64,000 bases of DNA from Alphaproteobacteria bacterium (GCA_009993885.1 JAACSN010000002.1:69979-133978), one strand, 5' to 3'. Positions 28,027-38,900 are shown, numbered from the stretch's first letter. The notes: a model not told the origin generated them from the sequence alone. Program-made: numbers and translations.

Positions 28027-29454
28027 TTAAGAGCGGAGCATTTTTTGAAGAAGATCCACATCTTCCCCAATGGATCTTTCTTCTTGCATAAGCTCTTTAA
28101 CTTTTTTAACTGCATGCATAACCGTTGCGTGGTCTCTCCCCCCAAACTTTCGGCCGATTTCCGGCAAGGAGGCTTCGGTTAAAATCTTAGAAAGGTACAT
28201 GGCAACTTGACGAGGGCGCGCAATAGTACGTGTCCGTTTTGCAGAATGCATATCGGAAACCTTGATGTGATAATGTTCGGCAACTTTACGCTGAATTTCA
28301 TCAATGGTCACACGGCGGTCATTTGCCCGCAAAATATCCCGTAAAACCTGCTGAGTTGATTCAACAGTGATAGCCCCCCCGACAAGACCGGCATGAGCCA
28401 CAATACGATTCAAAGCTCCTTCAAGCTCTCGGATATTCGAGGCAATCTTATGGGCTAAAAATTCAAGAACAGAGACGGGAATGTTACCGGCCTTCAGTTG
28501 CTCGGTCTTTGATTGCAGGATTCCCAAGCGCAGTTCATAAGTGGTGGGATGAATATCCGCAACCAATCCCCAACCAAGACGAGACCGCATGCGCTCTTCA
28601 AGACCGGGTAAATCCGTTGGGGATTTATCCGCTGAAATAATAATCTGATGATTCTGGTCGACGAGGGCATTAAAGGTATGAAAAAATTCTTCTTGGGTTG
28701 ATTCTTTACCGCTAATAAATTGAAAATCATCAATCATGAGCACATCAACAGAGCGAAATTTTTCTTTAAAAGAAACCATATCCTTGAACCGCAAAGCGCG
28801 GATGAATTGGTACATAAACTTTTCAGCAGATAAATAAACAACGCGACGCTTCGGATGACATGTTTTAATATGCCAGGCAATCGCGTGCATCAAATGAGTT
28901 TTACCAAGACCTACCCCCCCATAAATAAAGAGAGGATTAAAGTGCACCTGCAATGATTCGGCCACCCGAAGGGCTGCCGCATGAGCCAATTCATTAGATT
29001 GCCCCACAACAAAATTTTCAAAGACGTAACGGGGTTCAAGGCGTGAACCAATTACTTCTCCCTCAACAAAAGAAGAGGAAGAGGATATGCTTGCGCCGGC
29101 TCCATTGGGCGTTGTCGCAAGAATCTTCTCAATTTTTAAGGTCTTATCAACAACGATATCCAATTGCAAAACAATGGAATTCAAAGATTGAAGGAGCTCG
29201 AGAATTTTCTTAGAACAGTTGGTAGAAACCCAATCCCGCATAAAAGCGGTCGGAGCAGCAATCACAAAACGACCGCCGGTGAATTCTTTAAATGCAAGGG
29301 GAGAAAGCCAACTTTTATAAGTGGCTTCGCCAAATAGTTTGGGGAAAGTTGATTTAAGGGAATTCCAAAGCTCGGTAAAAGAATCTTGCGACGCCGTTAA
29401 CCGGGCGCTATCCTCTTTTATTTTCGCATCATCATAAGCTTTTCGAGCTGTCAT
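28027..29454 (-). CDS. dnaA: Chromosomal replication initiator DnaA
   Basis: Walker [15 protein letters not shown], Walker B LMIDDFQF, and the C-terminal DNA-binding helix [11 protein letters not shown]. Confidence 0.95.
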   Translation of the reverse strand: MTARKAYDDAKIKEDSARLTASQDSFTELWNSLKSTFPKLFGEATYKSWLSPLAFKEFTGGRFVIAAPTAFMRDWVSTNCSKKILELLQSLNSIVLQLDIVVDKTLKIEKILATTPNGAGASISSSSSFVEGEVIGSRLEPRYVFENFVVGQSNELAHAAALRVAESLQVHFNPLFIYGGVGLGKTHLMHAIAWHIKTCHPKRRVVYLSAEKFMYQFIRALRFKDMVSFKEKFRSVDVLMIDDFQFISGKESTQEEFFHTFNALVDQNHQIIISADKSPTDLPGLEERMRSRLGWGLVADIHPTTYELRLGILQSKTEQLKAGNIPVSVLEFLAHKIASNIRELEGALNRIVAHAGLVGGAITVESTQQVLRDILRANDRRVTIDEIQRKVAEHYHIKVSDMHSAKRTRTIARPRQVAMYLSKILTEASLPEIGRKFGGRDHATVMHAVKKVKELMQEERSIGEDVDLLQKMLRS

Positions 29455-29555
29455 CTTATTCTTTTTATACCTATATATTTAAAAGCTTATAAAAAAAACA
29501 GCTCTCAAAAGAGTGCAAAAACGCCCTTTTAAGGGTACGTCAGATCTTTTATAGC

Positions 29556-29819
29556 TTAGGCGAGATTCTTTACGCGAGTCGCAAGTCTTGAAATTTTACG
29601 AGAAGCTGTTTTCTTACGCAAAACACCTTTTGTCACACCGCGTTGTACTTCCGGTTGCGCAACGCGAAGAGCCTCTGCCGCGATCTTTTTATCACCGCCT
29701 GTTAAAGCTTCCTCAACCTTACGAATAAAAGTACGAATACGTGAAATACGAGCATGATTGCGTGCGTTACGCTCTACATTTTGACGATTTCTTTTTTCTG
29801 CAGACTTAATGTTTGCCAT
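29556..29819 (-). CDS. rpsT: 30S ribosomal protein S20
   Basis: [21 protein letters not shown] is a typical S20 N-terminus. Placement of rpsT upstream of dnaA is common in alphaproteobacteria. Confidence 0.9.
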   Translation of the reverse strand: MANIKSAEKRNRQNVERNARNHARISRIRTFIRKVEEALTGGDKKIAAEALRVAQPEVQRGVTKGVLRKKTASRKISRLATRVKNLA

Positions 29820-29846
29820 GGTTAGATCCTACTTAAAAATTTAATA

Positions 29847-29855
29847 TGTGGATAT
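29847..29855. promoter_or_regulatory. DnaA-box-like 9-mer (8/9 match)
   Basis: TGTGGATAT, whose reverse complement is ATATCCACA, compared with TTWTNCACA. Confidence 0.25.
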
Positions 29856-30032
29856 CTTATAGCGCACCTAAAGGCCATCGTCAAGAATTAAGACAGTCCT
29901 TAACGATTATCTCGCAAATTTAGACCAAAGGGTTCCAAGTAGGCTTTGCCTCACCGTTACGAGAGCTTATGGCTCGCCACACAGAGCACAAAGAGATATT
30001 AACCGAGTTAGAGAGAAAATTACACTGATAGT

Positions 30033-30041
30033 TTTTCCACA
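30033..30041. promoter_or_regulatory. DnaA-box-like 9-mer (matches TTWTNCACA)
   Basis: TTTTCCACA lies in the divergent rpsT/peptidase intergenic region. Confidence 0.3.
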
Positions 30042-30081
30042 TTCAGCAACTCTTTAATTCCTTTGGAAACTCATTGGGAGT

Positions 30082-32073
30082 TTGTTACTATCAACCAAAA
30101 CAAAAACGGATCCCATAATGCCTTCTCAATCCCGGACTCCTTTAATTTCTCGTAGAACGTTTTTTGGTAATCCCGACCGTATGTGTGTACGCTTAAGTCC
30201 CGACGGGACAAAAATCGCTTATATTGCTCCCTACAACGAGGTGATGAATATTTGGGTTTCTCCCCGTGATAAGCCAAATGAAGCTCAAGTGATCACAAAA
30301 GAATCCACGCGTGGCATCATGAGCTTTTCTTGGGCTCATACCAACGACAAAATTCTCTATCCAAAAGATAAGGAGGGCGATGAAAATTGGCACATCCACT
30401 GTGTTGATATCTTAACACACGAAGATAAAGACCTCACGCCTTATGGGGCTGTAGCCGCTCGTATCTCAAAGATCAGCCCTCACTTTCCGACAACAGTTCT
30501 TATTGCTGTGAATGACCGTACGCCGGAGCGCCACGATACCTACGAGGTTGATATTCTTACCGGTCGGCGCAAGCTTGTGTATGAAAACAATGAATTTGTC
30601 GGCTTCTTATTTGATGATCAATACAATCTGCGTTTTGCCATGCGCTTGTTGCCCGACGGCTCTAGCCAATTAGACCGTTACCGATCCGGAGAGTTTACAA
30701 AGTTTGATCACGTACCCTACGAAGATGTTTTGGGAACAAATCCCCTTGATTTTAATAAAGCAGGCGATAAGCTTTATGCATTGGATAGTCGGGGGCGTGA
30801 TACAACCGGACTTTACCTTGTGGATATTGACACCGGTCAAAAAGACTTGCTGGCCGAGCACCCTAAGGCAGACATTTCAGATATCTTTATTCATCCGACC
30901 ACAAAAGAATTTGAAGGGTGGGCAGCGACTTACTTAAAGAAAGAATGGATTTTTATAAATGAAGCCGTCAAAGACGATATAGCTTTATTACAAAAGAATG
31001 CTCGGGGCGTTATCGAAGTTTTAAGCCGTGATCAAGCAGATCGGTACTGGATTTTGGTAGACCTTCAAGATGCAGGCCCCTCAGAATATTATCTTTATGA
31101 TCGACAATCCCAAGAAAAATCCCATTTATTTTCATCACAAAAAAGTCTTGAAGGCCTTAAACTTTCTCCCATGCACCCCGTTGTTATTAAGGCTAGAGAC
31201 GGACTTGAGATGGTTAGCTATTATACCTTGCCACGGGAATGCGATCCCAAAGGACAAGGAGATACCCGACAATCTGTCCCCCTTGTTTTAATGGTTCACG
31301 GAGGCCCCCAAGCAAGGGACTCATGGGGCTATAATCCGACAACTCAATGGCTTGCTAATCGAGGATACGCTGTCCTTTCTGTGAATTACCGAGGATCCAC
31401 CGGTTTTGGAAAAGCCTTTACCAATGCAGGGGACGGAGAATGGTCAAAGAAAATGCACGATGATCTTATTGATGCTGTAAATTGGGCCGTTGAGAGGGGC
31501 ATTACAACCAAAGACCAAATCGCCATTTATGGCGGTAGTTACGGGGGCTATGCAACCCTTGTGGGTCTGACCTCAACCCCCGATGTTTTTGCCTGTGGTG
31601 TTGATATCGTTGGCCCCTCAAACCTTAAAACCTTGATGGAAACGGTTCCCGCCTATTGGAAACCCATCCTTGATATGTTGAAAAAACGCATCGGGGGTGA
31701 TCCGGAATCCGAGACAGGCCTTGCGGAATTAGCCGCAAGGTCACCCGTTCATAAGGCCTCTAACATCAAAAAACCTCTTCTCATAGCGCAAGGCGCCAAT
31801 GACCCCCGCGTTAAGCAAGCCGAGTCTGATCAATTTGCCTCAGCCCTTAAAGCAAAAGGCATTCCGGTGACCTACGTTTTATATCCGGATGAAGGACATG
31901 GTTTTTCACGGCCCCCCAATAAAATGAGCTTCTTTGCCTTAACAGAAGCTTTCTTGCAAGAGCATTTAGGAGGACGAGCCGAACCCATTGGCTCTGACCT
32001 TGAAGGATCCACTTATCAACTCTTAGAGTCAGGGCCTGAAATTTCTAAGGCTTTAAATCTGAAAGTAAGTTAA
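30082..32073 (+). CDS. S9-family serine peptidase (prolyl oligopeptidase / dipeptidyl aminopeptidase type)
   Basis: An N-terminal beta-propeller-like region is followed by a C-terminal alpha/beta hydrolase domain with the nucleophile motif YGGSYGGY, and later GANDPRV and DEGHGF. An alternative start is at 30115. Confidence 0.85.
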   Translation: MLLSTKTKTDPIMPSQSRTPLISRRTFFGNPDRMCVRLSPDGTKIAYIAPYNEVMNIWVSPRDKPNEAQVITKESTRGIMSFSWAHTNDKILYPKDKEGDENWHIHCVDILTHEDKDLTPYGAVAARISKISPHFPTTVLIAVNDRTPERHDTYEVDILTGRRKLVYENNEFVGFLFDDQYNLRFAMRLLPDGSSQLDRYRSGEFTKFDHVPYEDVLGTNPLDFNKAGDKLYALDSRGRDTTGLYLVDIDTGQKDLLAEHPKADISDIFIHPTTKEFEGWAATYLKKEWIFINEAVKDDIALLQKNARGVIEVLSRDQADRYWILVDLQDAGPSEYYLYDRQSQEKSHLFSSQKSLEGLKLSPMHPVVIKARDGLEMVSYYTLPRECDPKGQGDTRQSVPLVLMVHGGPQARDSWGYNPTTQWLANRGYAVLSVNYRGSTGFGKAFTNAGDGEWSKKMHDDLIDAVNWAVERGITTKDQIAIYGGSYGGYATLVGLTSTPDVFACGVDIVGPSNLKTLMETVPAYWKPILDMLKKRIGGDPESETGLAELAARSPVHKASNIKKPLLIAQGANDPRVKQAESDQFASALKAKGIPVTYVLYPDEGHGFSRPPNKMSFFALTEAFLQEHLGGRAEPIGSDLEGSTYQLLESGPEISKALNLKVS

Positions 32074-32075
32074 GT

Positions 32076-32140
32076 ATAGGAGGCTTTGAAGACTGCATTA
32101 AGCAACTTACTCTCAAGCCTCCTATGATTTGTTCTTTCTT
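32076..32140 (+). terminator. 11-bp perfect inverted repeat followed by a T-rich tract
   Basis: ATAGGAGGCTT (32076-32086) pairs with AAGCCTCCTAT (32115-32125), and GATTTGTTCTTTCTTTT follows. The loop is unusually large (28 nt). Confidence 0.45.
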
Positions 32141-32236
32141 TTAGATTCCGGTCTCTATATATCTTTGCCGGAATTGCGTCTTGGATAAACGTAAGCGCTT
32201 CATGAATGCTCTCTATGCTTCATAAAGAACTTACGG

Positions 32237-33424
32237 TTAGCAATTCATCCCGGCGGCAAATCCTGAAGCCCAAGCCCATTGAAAATTATAGCCGCCAAGC
32301 CAACCGGTGACATCGACCACTTCGCCGATGAAATAGAGACCGGGAACACTTTTGCAACCCATTGTTTTTGAAGATAGCTCATTGGTGTCTACGCCGCCAA
32401 CTGTCACTTCTGCCTTTTGGTACCCTGCACTATCCGCTATCCCGACTCTAAAATTATGAATCCGTTCCGCAATCTCCAGCAGACTTTCTTTTTTAAGGTC
32501 GGTGATGCTCTTATGATAGTCGGGTGTTGTGGCAAGACTCTCAACAAGGCGGTTAGTGAGGTGGGTTTTTAGATAGTTTGCCGGCGTTTGCTTGTTGTTT
32601 TTACGGACGGTAAATTCTTGAGCCAAATCAAGATCCGGAAGCAAGTTTATGATGATCTCCTCATCCTTAAACGTCTCAAGGTAAGAAGAAATCTGCAAGA
32701 TCGCCGGGCCGCTCAAGCCCTTGTGGGTGAACAATATATTCTCACAAAACTTTGTTTTTTTATGGGAAACCGCGGATGAATTCGACAGTCCGCTGAGAGA
32801 GGCAAAAAAGGGCTTGTCTTGATCAGATACAAAAAGGGGAACCAGAGCCGGGCGGGGGGGGATGATGTTCAGGCCGAATTTTGCGGCAACACGATATCCG
32901 AAATCACCGGCTCCGATTTTAGGAATAGCCAAACCACCGCTTGCGATGACGAGTGAGTCGCTTTGGAAAAGATCAGTTTCGGTATCCAGCTCAAAGCAAT
33001 CTTTTTTCGAAACACTGCGAACGTGGCAATTCATCTTTATTTCAACTTGGTTTTCTCCACACAAATCCAAGAGCATTTTAATGATTTGCTTGGCCGAGCC
33101 GTCACAAAACAACTGCCCTAGTGTTTTTTCGTGATAGCTAATGTGATGAGATTCAATAAGTTTAATAAAGTCGTGTTGGGTATAACCCGCGAGAGCCGAT
33201 TTCATAAAATGGGGGTTTTGGGAGATATAATTTTGAGGAGACGCGTGTAAATTTGTAAAATTACATCGGCCTCCGCCTGAGATCCTTATTTTTTCCCCAA
33301 CCTTATCTGTGTGTTCAATAAGGAGCACTTTCCGCCCCCGAGCACCCGCTTGAACGGCTGCCATGAGACCCGCCGCCCCTGCGCCGATAATTACCGCATC
33401 ATATTTGCTCGTCGTCTTTGTCAT
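32237..33424 (-). CDS. HI0933/YhiN (BaiN-like) NAD(P)/FAD-dependent oxidoreductase
   Basis: Has the Rossmann motif DAVIIGAGAAGLMAA, GGRCNFTN, and a C-terminal GEVVDVTGWLGGYNFQWAW. Confidence 0.85.
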   Translation of the reverse strand: MTKTTSKYDAVIIGAGAAGLMAAVQAGARGRKVLLIEHTDKVGEKIRISGGGRCNFTNLHASPQNYISQNPHFMKSALAGYTQHDFIKLIESHHISYHEKTLGQLFCDGSAKQIIKMLLDLCGENQVEIKMNCHVRSVSKKDCFELDTETDLFQSDSLVIASGGLAIPKIGAGDFGYRVAAKFGLNIIPPRPALVPLFVSDQDKPFFASLSGLSNSSAVSHKKTKFCENILFTHKGLSGPAILQISSYLETFKDEEIIINLLPDLDLAQEFTVRKNNKQTPANYLKTHLTNRLVESLATTPDYHKSITDLKKESLLEIAERIHNFRVGIADSAGYQKAEVTVGGVDTNELSSKTMGCKSVPGLYFIGEVVDVTGWLGGYNFQWAWASGFAAGMNC

Positions 33425-33505
33425 GTCTGTTTCTCTTTAAGCACGGTGGTAGCAATGTGGAATTTTTTTCCTGAAGTGATTAAACTCACTGTCAGGATTT
33501 TTTCT

Positions 33506-34081
33506 TCACCGGTATATTTTGAAGCGCTCTTGCCATTTGTCCTTATAAATCGCGGCAAGGCTTTTGTCATTAATATAAAGCATGTTTTCGGAATTTCTGA
33601 CGTTGGCGGCATTAGAAAAATTGTACGAGCCTGTTATGAGACGGGCGCCGTCCACGATGATAGTTTTATTGTGGGCAATGCCTTGCACGTCATCCACCTT
33701 TGTTTTGATACCGGCTTTAGTAAGGCGGTGGATTTGCGAATATGGTGCTTTGAGCTGACTTCGGTCAAACAGGATTTTTACAGTGATCCCCTTCCTATGA
33801 GCTTCAATCAAAGCATCAGAAATGGGCAAGGAAGTAAAGCTGTAGGCTTGGACAAGGATTTCTTGTTTGGCTGTCTTTATGGCGTGCACAGCTAGCTTCT
33901 CGCACTGTCCTTCAGGGGAGAAACAAACATTGAGGGTTGGGGACTCGGTTTCCGAGGAAAAAACCGTCGGTAACTGACCTTCGTAATAAAAATATCCTGA
34001 GGTAAACCCAAACAGAAAGAGCAAAGGCATAATGCCTAGGGTTGATGTCGCGCTCTTACGGTGTATTTTTTTAGCGGTCAT
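33506..34081 (-). CDS. Secreted single-HKD phospholipase D-family protein (Nuc endonuclease / Rickettsia Pld type)
   Basis: Has an N-terminal signal or anchor (LGIMPLLFLFGFTSGYF) and one HKD motif, HNKTIIVDGARLITGSYNFSNAA. Its ~190-aa size is typical of Nuc-like proteins. Confidence 0.8.
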   Translation of the reverse strand: MTAKKIHRKSATSTLGIMPLLFLFGFTSGYFYYEGQLPTVFSSETESPTLNVCFSPEGQCEKLAVHAIKTAKQEILVQAYSFTSLPISDALIEAHRKGITVKILFDRSQLKAPYSQIHRLTKAGIKTKVDDVQGIAHNKTIIVDGARLITGSYNFSNAANVRNSENMLYINDKSLAAIYKDKWQERFKIYR

Positions 34082-34107
34082 TTTATTCCTTCACAATTAT
34101 TCTCTGG

Positions 34108-35523
34108 TTATAACCTTTTTTTTGTAAACCAAAGAACAAGATCATCATCTAGGCGAACTGTATCGCCTGGTTTTGGAAATGAGTAGTCACATGTGATGCC
34201 TTCTCCATCGGGAATATAGCCACGCTTTACGTACAGTCTTTGTGCAGCACCATAATCCTTATAAAGGCCAACACCTATACCGATAGTAGAGGACCGTTCA
34301 GCTGCTTCCTTTTCTGCAACATCTAGCAATTGAGACCCTATGCCTTTGTTTCTAAAAAGAGGTAATACGTTAAGGTCCATAATCTCTGGAATATTATTTT
34401 CTTGAAATGGTCTATACTGAGATTGCCACTTAAGGGTAATATACCCTGCGCAATTGCTTCGATCATAAGCAACCCAACATACTCTTTCACCTGATTTTTG
34501 TTCTGCAAGGTAAGTTTCAAAAGTTGATTTTGGTTTTTCAAGCCTTTGAGATTTAAATCTAGAAACTAATTGATCAACATCTGAGTCGGTTAATTCTCTT
34601 ATTTCAAAATTTTTTTTCTGGGGAAAATTACTCTCTACCCATTGAAAAACAGTTGTGTCTTTATCGACCTTAAACAAATGACTCTTGCTGCCATAACCTG
34701 CATGAATTTCTTTCAGCTCAACCGATTTTGGAATAATCTCTCGGATTTTACATAGGTCGTCTTGGATTCTTTGAGTATGAAGAACAGCTTTTAATTCAAT
34801 GCCAAAATCTGATGTTGGTTTTACTCCTGGGGAATCAAAGATTCTTAATTCATGCTCATGCTTCCAAATGTCAAGTTTATTGCCAAAGTTTCCCATATCA
34901 TTGAAATCTTTTTCAGCCCATCTAAGCGCACCTATGTTTGTTTGTTCACAACGGAGCCTATCAACATAATTCACTGCATTTATTAAGGAGCCTTTATCGA
35001 CTTCTTGCTCATATAGCAAAGCCAATCCTTTTAGGCTGTCGGCGTAATATGCATAGAGTAGTTGTGCCCAAGGTGTTTGAAAAATTTTGATATCGGAGCA
35101 ACTAAAAATACCAACAGATGTGTACGCAATGTTTTCAACAAGGAAACGTAACCATTTTTCAAAATCTTCATCTGTAAACTGTCTGTCAAAGCATTGAAGA
35201 AAACCCTGAAAATCATCAAAAATTTCAGAAAAGTCCTTTATAGACTGGCTTGTATATCTGCTCATTTTAAGGTTTTCAACAAGAGCAGCACGATCTGAAT
35301 GATCACCAAAAAGTTTTTCTACAACCTTTTTGATCCGATCTCTTCCCTGCTCATAGGCATCAATATAATCCGGTGCCATGTAATAAAATTCGTTGTAATC
35401 ATTTAATTCATAGGCAGTGGAAAACTTGATGGTCTTGTTTTTTAGGGAGCGATATGTGTTTTCATTCCAAGGCACAAATTTAACAAATAATTGAGTGTTT
35501 TTATTCATTTTTATCTCTCGCAA
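34108..35523 (-). CDS. Two-domain protein: an N-terminal DUF2971-like domain fused to a C-terminal GNAT acetyltransferase
   Basis: The N-terminal ~300 aa show the DUF2971 pattern (LFVKF...KTIKFSTAYELNDYNEF; VGIFSCS...WAQLLYAYYADS; WKHEHELRIF). The C-terminal ~165 aa show a GNAT core (VLPLFRNKGIGSQLLDVAEKEA; AQRLYVKRGY). Confidence 0.7.
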   Translation of the reverse strand: MREIKMNKNTQLFVKFVPWNENTYRSLKNKTIKFSTAYELNDYNEFYYMAPDYIDAYEQGRDRIKKVVEKLFGDHSDRAALVENLKMSRYTSQSIKDFSEIFDDFQGFLQCFDRQFTDEDFEKWLRFLVENIAYTSVGIFSCSDIKIFQTPWAQLLYAYYADSLKGLALLYEQEVDKGSLINAVNYVDRLRCEQTNIGALRWAEKDFNDMGNFGNKLDIWKHEHELRIFDSPGVKPTSDFGIELKAVLHTQRIQDDLCKIREIIPKSVELKEIHAGYGSKSHLFKVDKDTTVFQWVESNFPQKKNFEIRELTDSDVDQLVSRFKSQRLEKPKSTFETYLAEQKSGERVCWVAYDRSNCAGYITLKWQSQYRPFQENNIPEIMDLNVLPLFRNKGIGSQLLDVAEKEAAERSSTIGIGVGLYKDYGAAQRLYVKRGYIPDGEGITCDYSFPKPGDTVRLDDDLVLWFTKKRL

Positions 35524-35619
35524 TCATCAATTTCTTCAAAACATTCTGCCCCTTTTTTCGTCAAAAGGCCACTATGGAACTCTTGGTTTGCTATCATTTC
35601 TTTGAGCTCTATGAGCCCG

Positions 35620-35915
35620 CCGAGGAAGAGGGGCGTTAGGACGAATTTAATTGCGGCTAAGCGCAGTAAAGAACTGTTAGCCCCCGTTTTTATAAGGGGG
35701 TCAACGTCGGCGGCTTGGTTCAACCAATGGTTCGAGGAGCACCTTTTGAAAGAATTGAACCTTCATGCCACAGTCCTTACGGATAATGCCGCCTTTCATA
35801 AAAAAGAGGAAATCCGTGCGTTAGCTGAAAAGAAGGACGCAAGGTTTTGTTCTCACCGCCCTATCCTCGGGAATTTAATCCCCTTGAACAAGATTTTGCC
35901 ATGACCCTAAACACC
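35620..35915 (+). pseudogene. Decayed IS630/Tc1-mariner-type DDE transposase C-terminal remnant
   Basis: LIAAKRSKELLAPVFIRGSTSAAWFNQWFEEHLL...VLTDNAAFHKK matches the IS630 catalytic region. The final block PPY.REFNPLEQDFA is readable only after a frameshift and is cut off by the hsdR 3' end. There is no N-terminal half, and I saw no inverted repeats. Confidence 0.6.
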
Positions 35916-38900
35916 CCGGTACTTCTCGAAGAACAATTTCAGTTTTTCAAGAACAATCATCTTTTTCTTAGATCGCATATTATCCTTATCAAACATAGAG
36001 ACAGGCGGTAAAATGCTTGCAAAACCTGTTCCGGTCGGTTTTAGCTCACCATCCCGGAAGGCATTTGCGATAAACTTCTTAGTTTTTTCCGGCTTGAGGT
36101 TTTCCTCTTTAATAATTTTATCGAGTTCCTCAGCTCTATTTTTATCGGTAAAGGAATGCCAATCATTATCAACATCAGAGTGAACGTTGAGGGTATTAAT
36201 AAATCGCTCAATTAATTCTTTTTTGCTCCGCAGTTCAAGACTTGAATCCATCGCCCTGCCAATGGTAGTCATAATATCTTGATCATCCATACGAGATTTA
36301 TGATATTGGGCGACAAGCTGAAGAATATAATCAATGTTGACGGTAACTTGCTTAACCAGCTCTATTTCAAATTCAATGTCATCATTTATGTTTTCTTTAT
36401 TAGACTCATTGTAGCGACGATGCTTATCATAGAGATCAAGATAAGCACTCTGATAGTCTTGGAAATCCCGCTCTGATAGAATTTCATTTCCGGAAAATTC
36501 ATCAAAGGATGTCAGAATATTACGAAGCCTTAGAATTGCGCCCCAAAGTTTAATAAAATCCTTTTCAGCTTGTTCTCCTTCAATAAATACCGGCAGCGGG
36601 AAAAAATCTTGGAGCTCTGTTATTAAATCAACATAACCTTTTTGAGGCTTGCCGTCTTTTTCCCAGCCGTTGTAATACTCGTCAAACGATTTTAATAGAA
36701 CAACACCGCCGGCTTCTTTATTGCCGAAAATAGAAAGGGCGTCGTTTGTGGCTTGTTCAAGGTCTCGAAAACAAATGATATTTCCGAATGTTTTCACCGA
36801 GTTTAAAATACGGTTTGTTCTTGAGAAAGCCTGAAGAAGCCCATGGTGGCGCAGACTCTTATCTACCCATAATGTATTCAGGGTCGTCGCATCAAACCCC
36901 GTCAAAAACATATTAACGACGATCAGCAAATCGATTTCTCTATTCTTCATACGTTGAGAAAGGTCTTTGTAGTAATTTTCAAACTTATCTGCACCGGTAT
37001 TGTAGCTTGTACCAAAATGCTTGTTATAGTCACCGATCGCCATATCCAAGAAGTCACGGGATGATTGATCTAAGTTACCTGTATCAAAGTCTTCATCAGG
37101 GAGGATTCCATCCTCATCATCTTCTTCATTTGCTCCAAAACTAAAGATGGTAGCTATTTTTAATCCTGAATCTCGTGACTTAAATTCAGTGTAGTATTTC
37201 TTCGCCACTTCAATCGAACTAACCGCAAAGATTGAATTGAACCCCTTAAGGCGTACTTGATTTCTAATTTCTTTGATTTTCTCTGTGGAACTTTTATCTT
37301 CACTTGAAACGACCTCAGCAATGTTGCTGAGCTTACTGAAGGAATAACTACCGACATTGCGCTTGGTCTTTTGTTCGAAATGCTCAAGGATATAATTGGT
37401 GACTTGTGAGATGCGTTTCGGTGAATTGGCTGCAGCTTCCATATCAATAGCCTGAACTTTTTTATCCTTCACCCCCTCTTTCATTTTTAGGGTGTTGGTG
37501 TACTCAACTCTAAAGGGCAATACGTTTCCATCATTGATCGCATCAACAATAGTATATGAATGGAGTTTTTTCCCAAAGGCTTGCTCTGTTGTTTTCAGGT
37601 GCGGATTACCGCCGGAAGGGGAATTTGCCGTAAAAATGGGTGTACCTGTAAAACCAAAGATGTGATATTTCTTGAACGCTTTTGTGATAGCCCTGTGCAT
37701 CTCACCAAATTGGGATCGGTGACATTCATCAAAAATCAAAACAATATGCCCGTCAAAAACGCTGTGCCCCTTATGGGCAGAAATAAAATTGGCGAGTTTT
37801 TGAATGGTAGTGATAATGATTTTGGCATTCGGATTAGCCAGCTGTTTCGTTAGAACAGCTGTACTAATGTTAGAGTTGGCCGACCCCTTTTGAAACTTAT
37901 CGTATTCCTTCATAGTTTGGTAATCGAGGTCTTTACGGTCAACCACAAATAGCACCTTATCTATACCGTCAAGGCGGGTGGCAAGCTGTGCAGCTTTAAA
38001 GCTGGTGAGTGTTTTACCACTGCCTGTGGTGTGCCAGATATAGCCACCTGCATCAATCGTGCCGAGCTGTTTATGATTGGTGGACATGGCAATGCGATTC
38101 ATAATCCGCTCGGTCGCTGCAATCTGATAAGGGCGCATGACAAGCAAGAGTTTGTCAGAGGTGAAAACACAATATTTCGTTAGAATTGAAAGCAGTGAGT
38201 GCTTAGAGAAAAATGTCTTGCCGAAATCTACAAGGTCAGAAATACGCTTGTTCCTGGCATCTGTCCACCAGCAAGTGAATTCAAAGCTATTGCCGGTTTT
38301 CTTGCCGGACTTTCGGCCTTTCTGTTCTTTCAGGTGCGCGTTGTGGGTCGTATTAGAATAGTATTTGGTATGCGTGCCGTTGGAAATCACAAACAGTTGC
38401 ACATAGTCAAATAAGCCGCTATCTGCCCAAAAGCTATCTCGTTTGTAACGGTTGATCTGGTTAAAGGCTTCGCGGATGGCGACGCCTCGTTTTTTCAGCT
38501 CTACATGTACCATGGGCAAGCCGTTAACGAGGACAGTGACATCATAACGGGTCTCGCGTGCACCTACGGCCTCATACTGGTTAATAACCTGCACGCTATT
38601 GTTGTGGATGTTATCCTTGTCCAGAATACGTACATTTTTGGTCGAGCCGTCATCGCGCTTAAGGTTGAAAATATAATCTTCCTGAACCTTGGCGGTTTTC
38701 TCTTCAAGGCCTTCATTTTTATTGGCCAAATAGTTGCTTAAAATCTGCTGCCATTCATTTTCTGAAAACTCAATGTCATTGAGTTTTGAAAGCCGAGCAC
38801 GCAGGTTTTTCAGCAAGTCATCATTTTTGGTGATATTAAGGTATTCATAGCCATTTATCTCAAGCAGGCGAATAAACTCAAGCTCTAACTCATTTTCAGA

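Noticed and set aside
28027-30114. A chromosomal origin of replication next to dnaA.
   Set aside because: There are only two weak DnaA-box-like 9-mers and no box cluster or obvious AT-rich 13-mer array. Alphaproteobacterial origins are usually not adjacent to dnaA. This cannot be settled without GC skew.
35491-35619. The first ~43 codons of the 137-aa track ORF 35491-35904.
   Set aside because: This part overlaps the start of the DUF2971-GNAT gene on the other strand and has no transposase similarity. Only the segment from about 35620 looks like an IS630 remnant.
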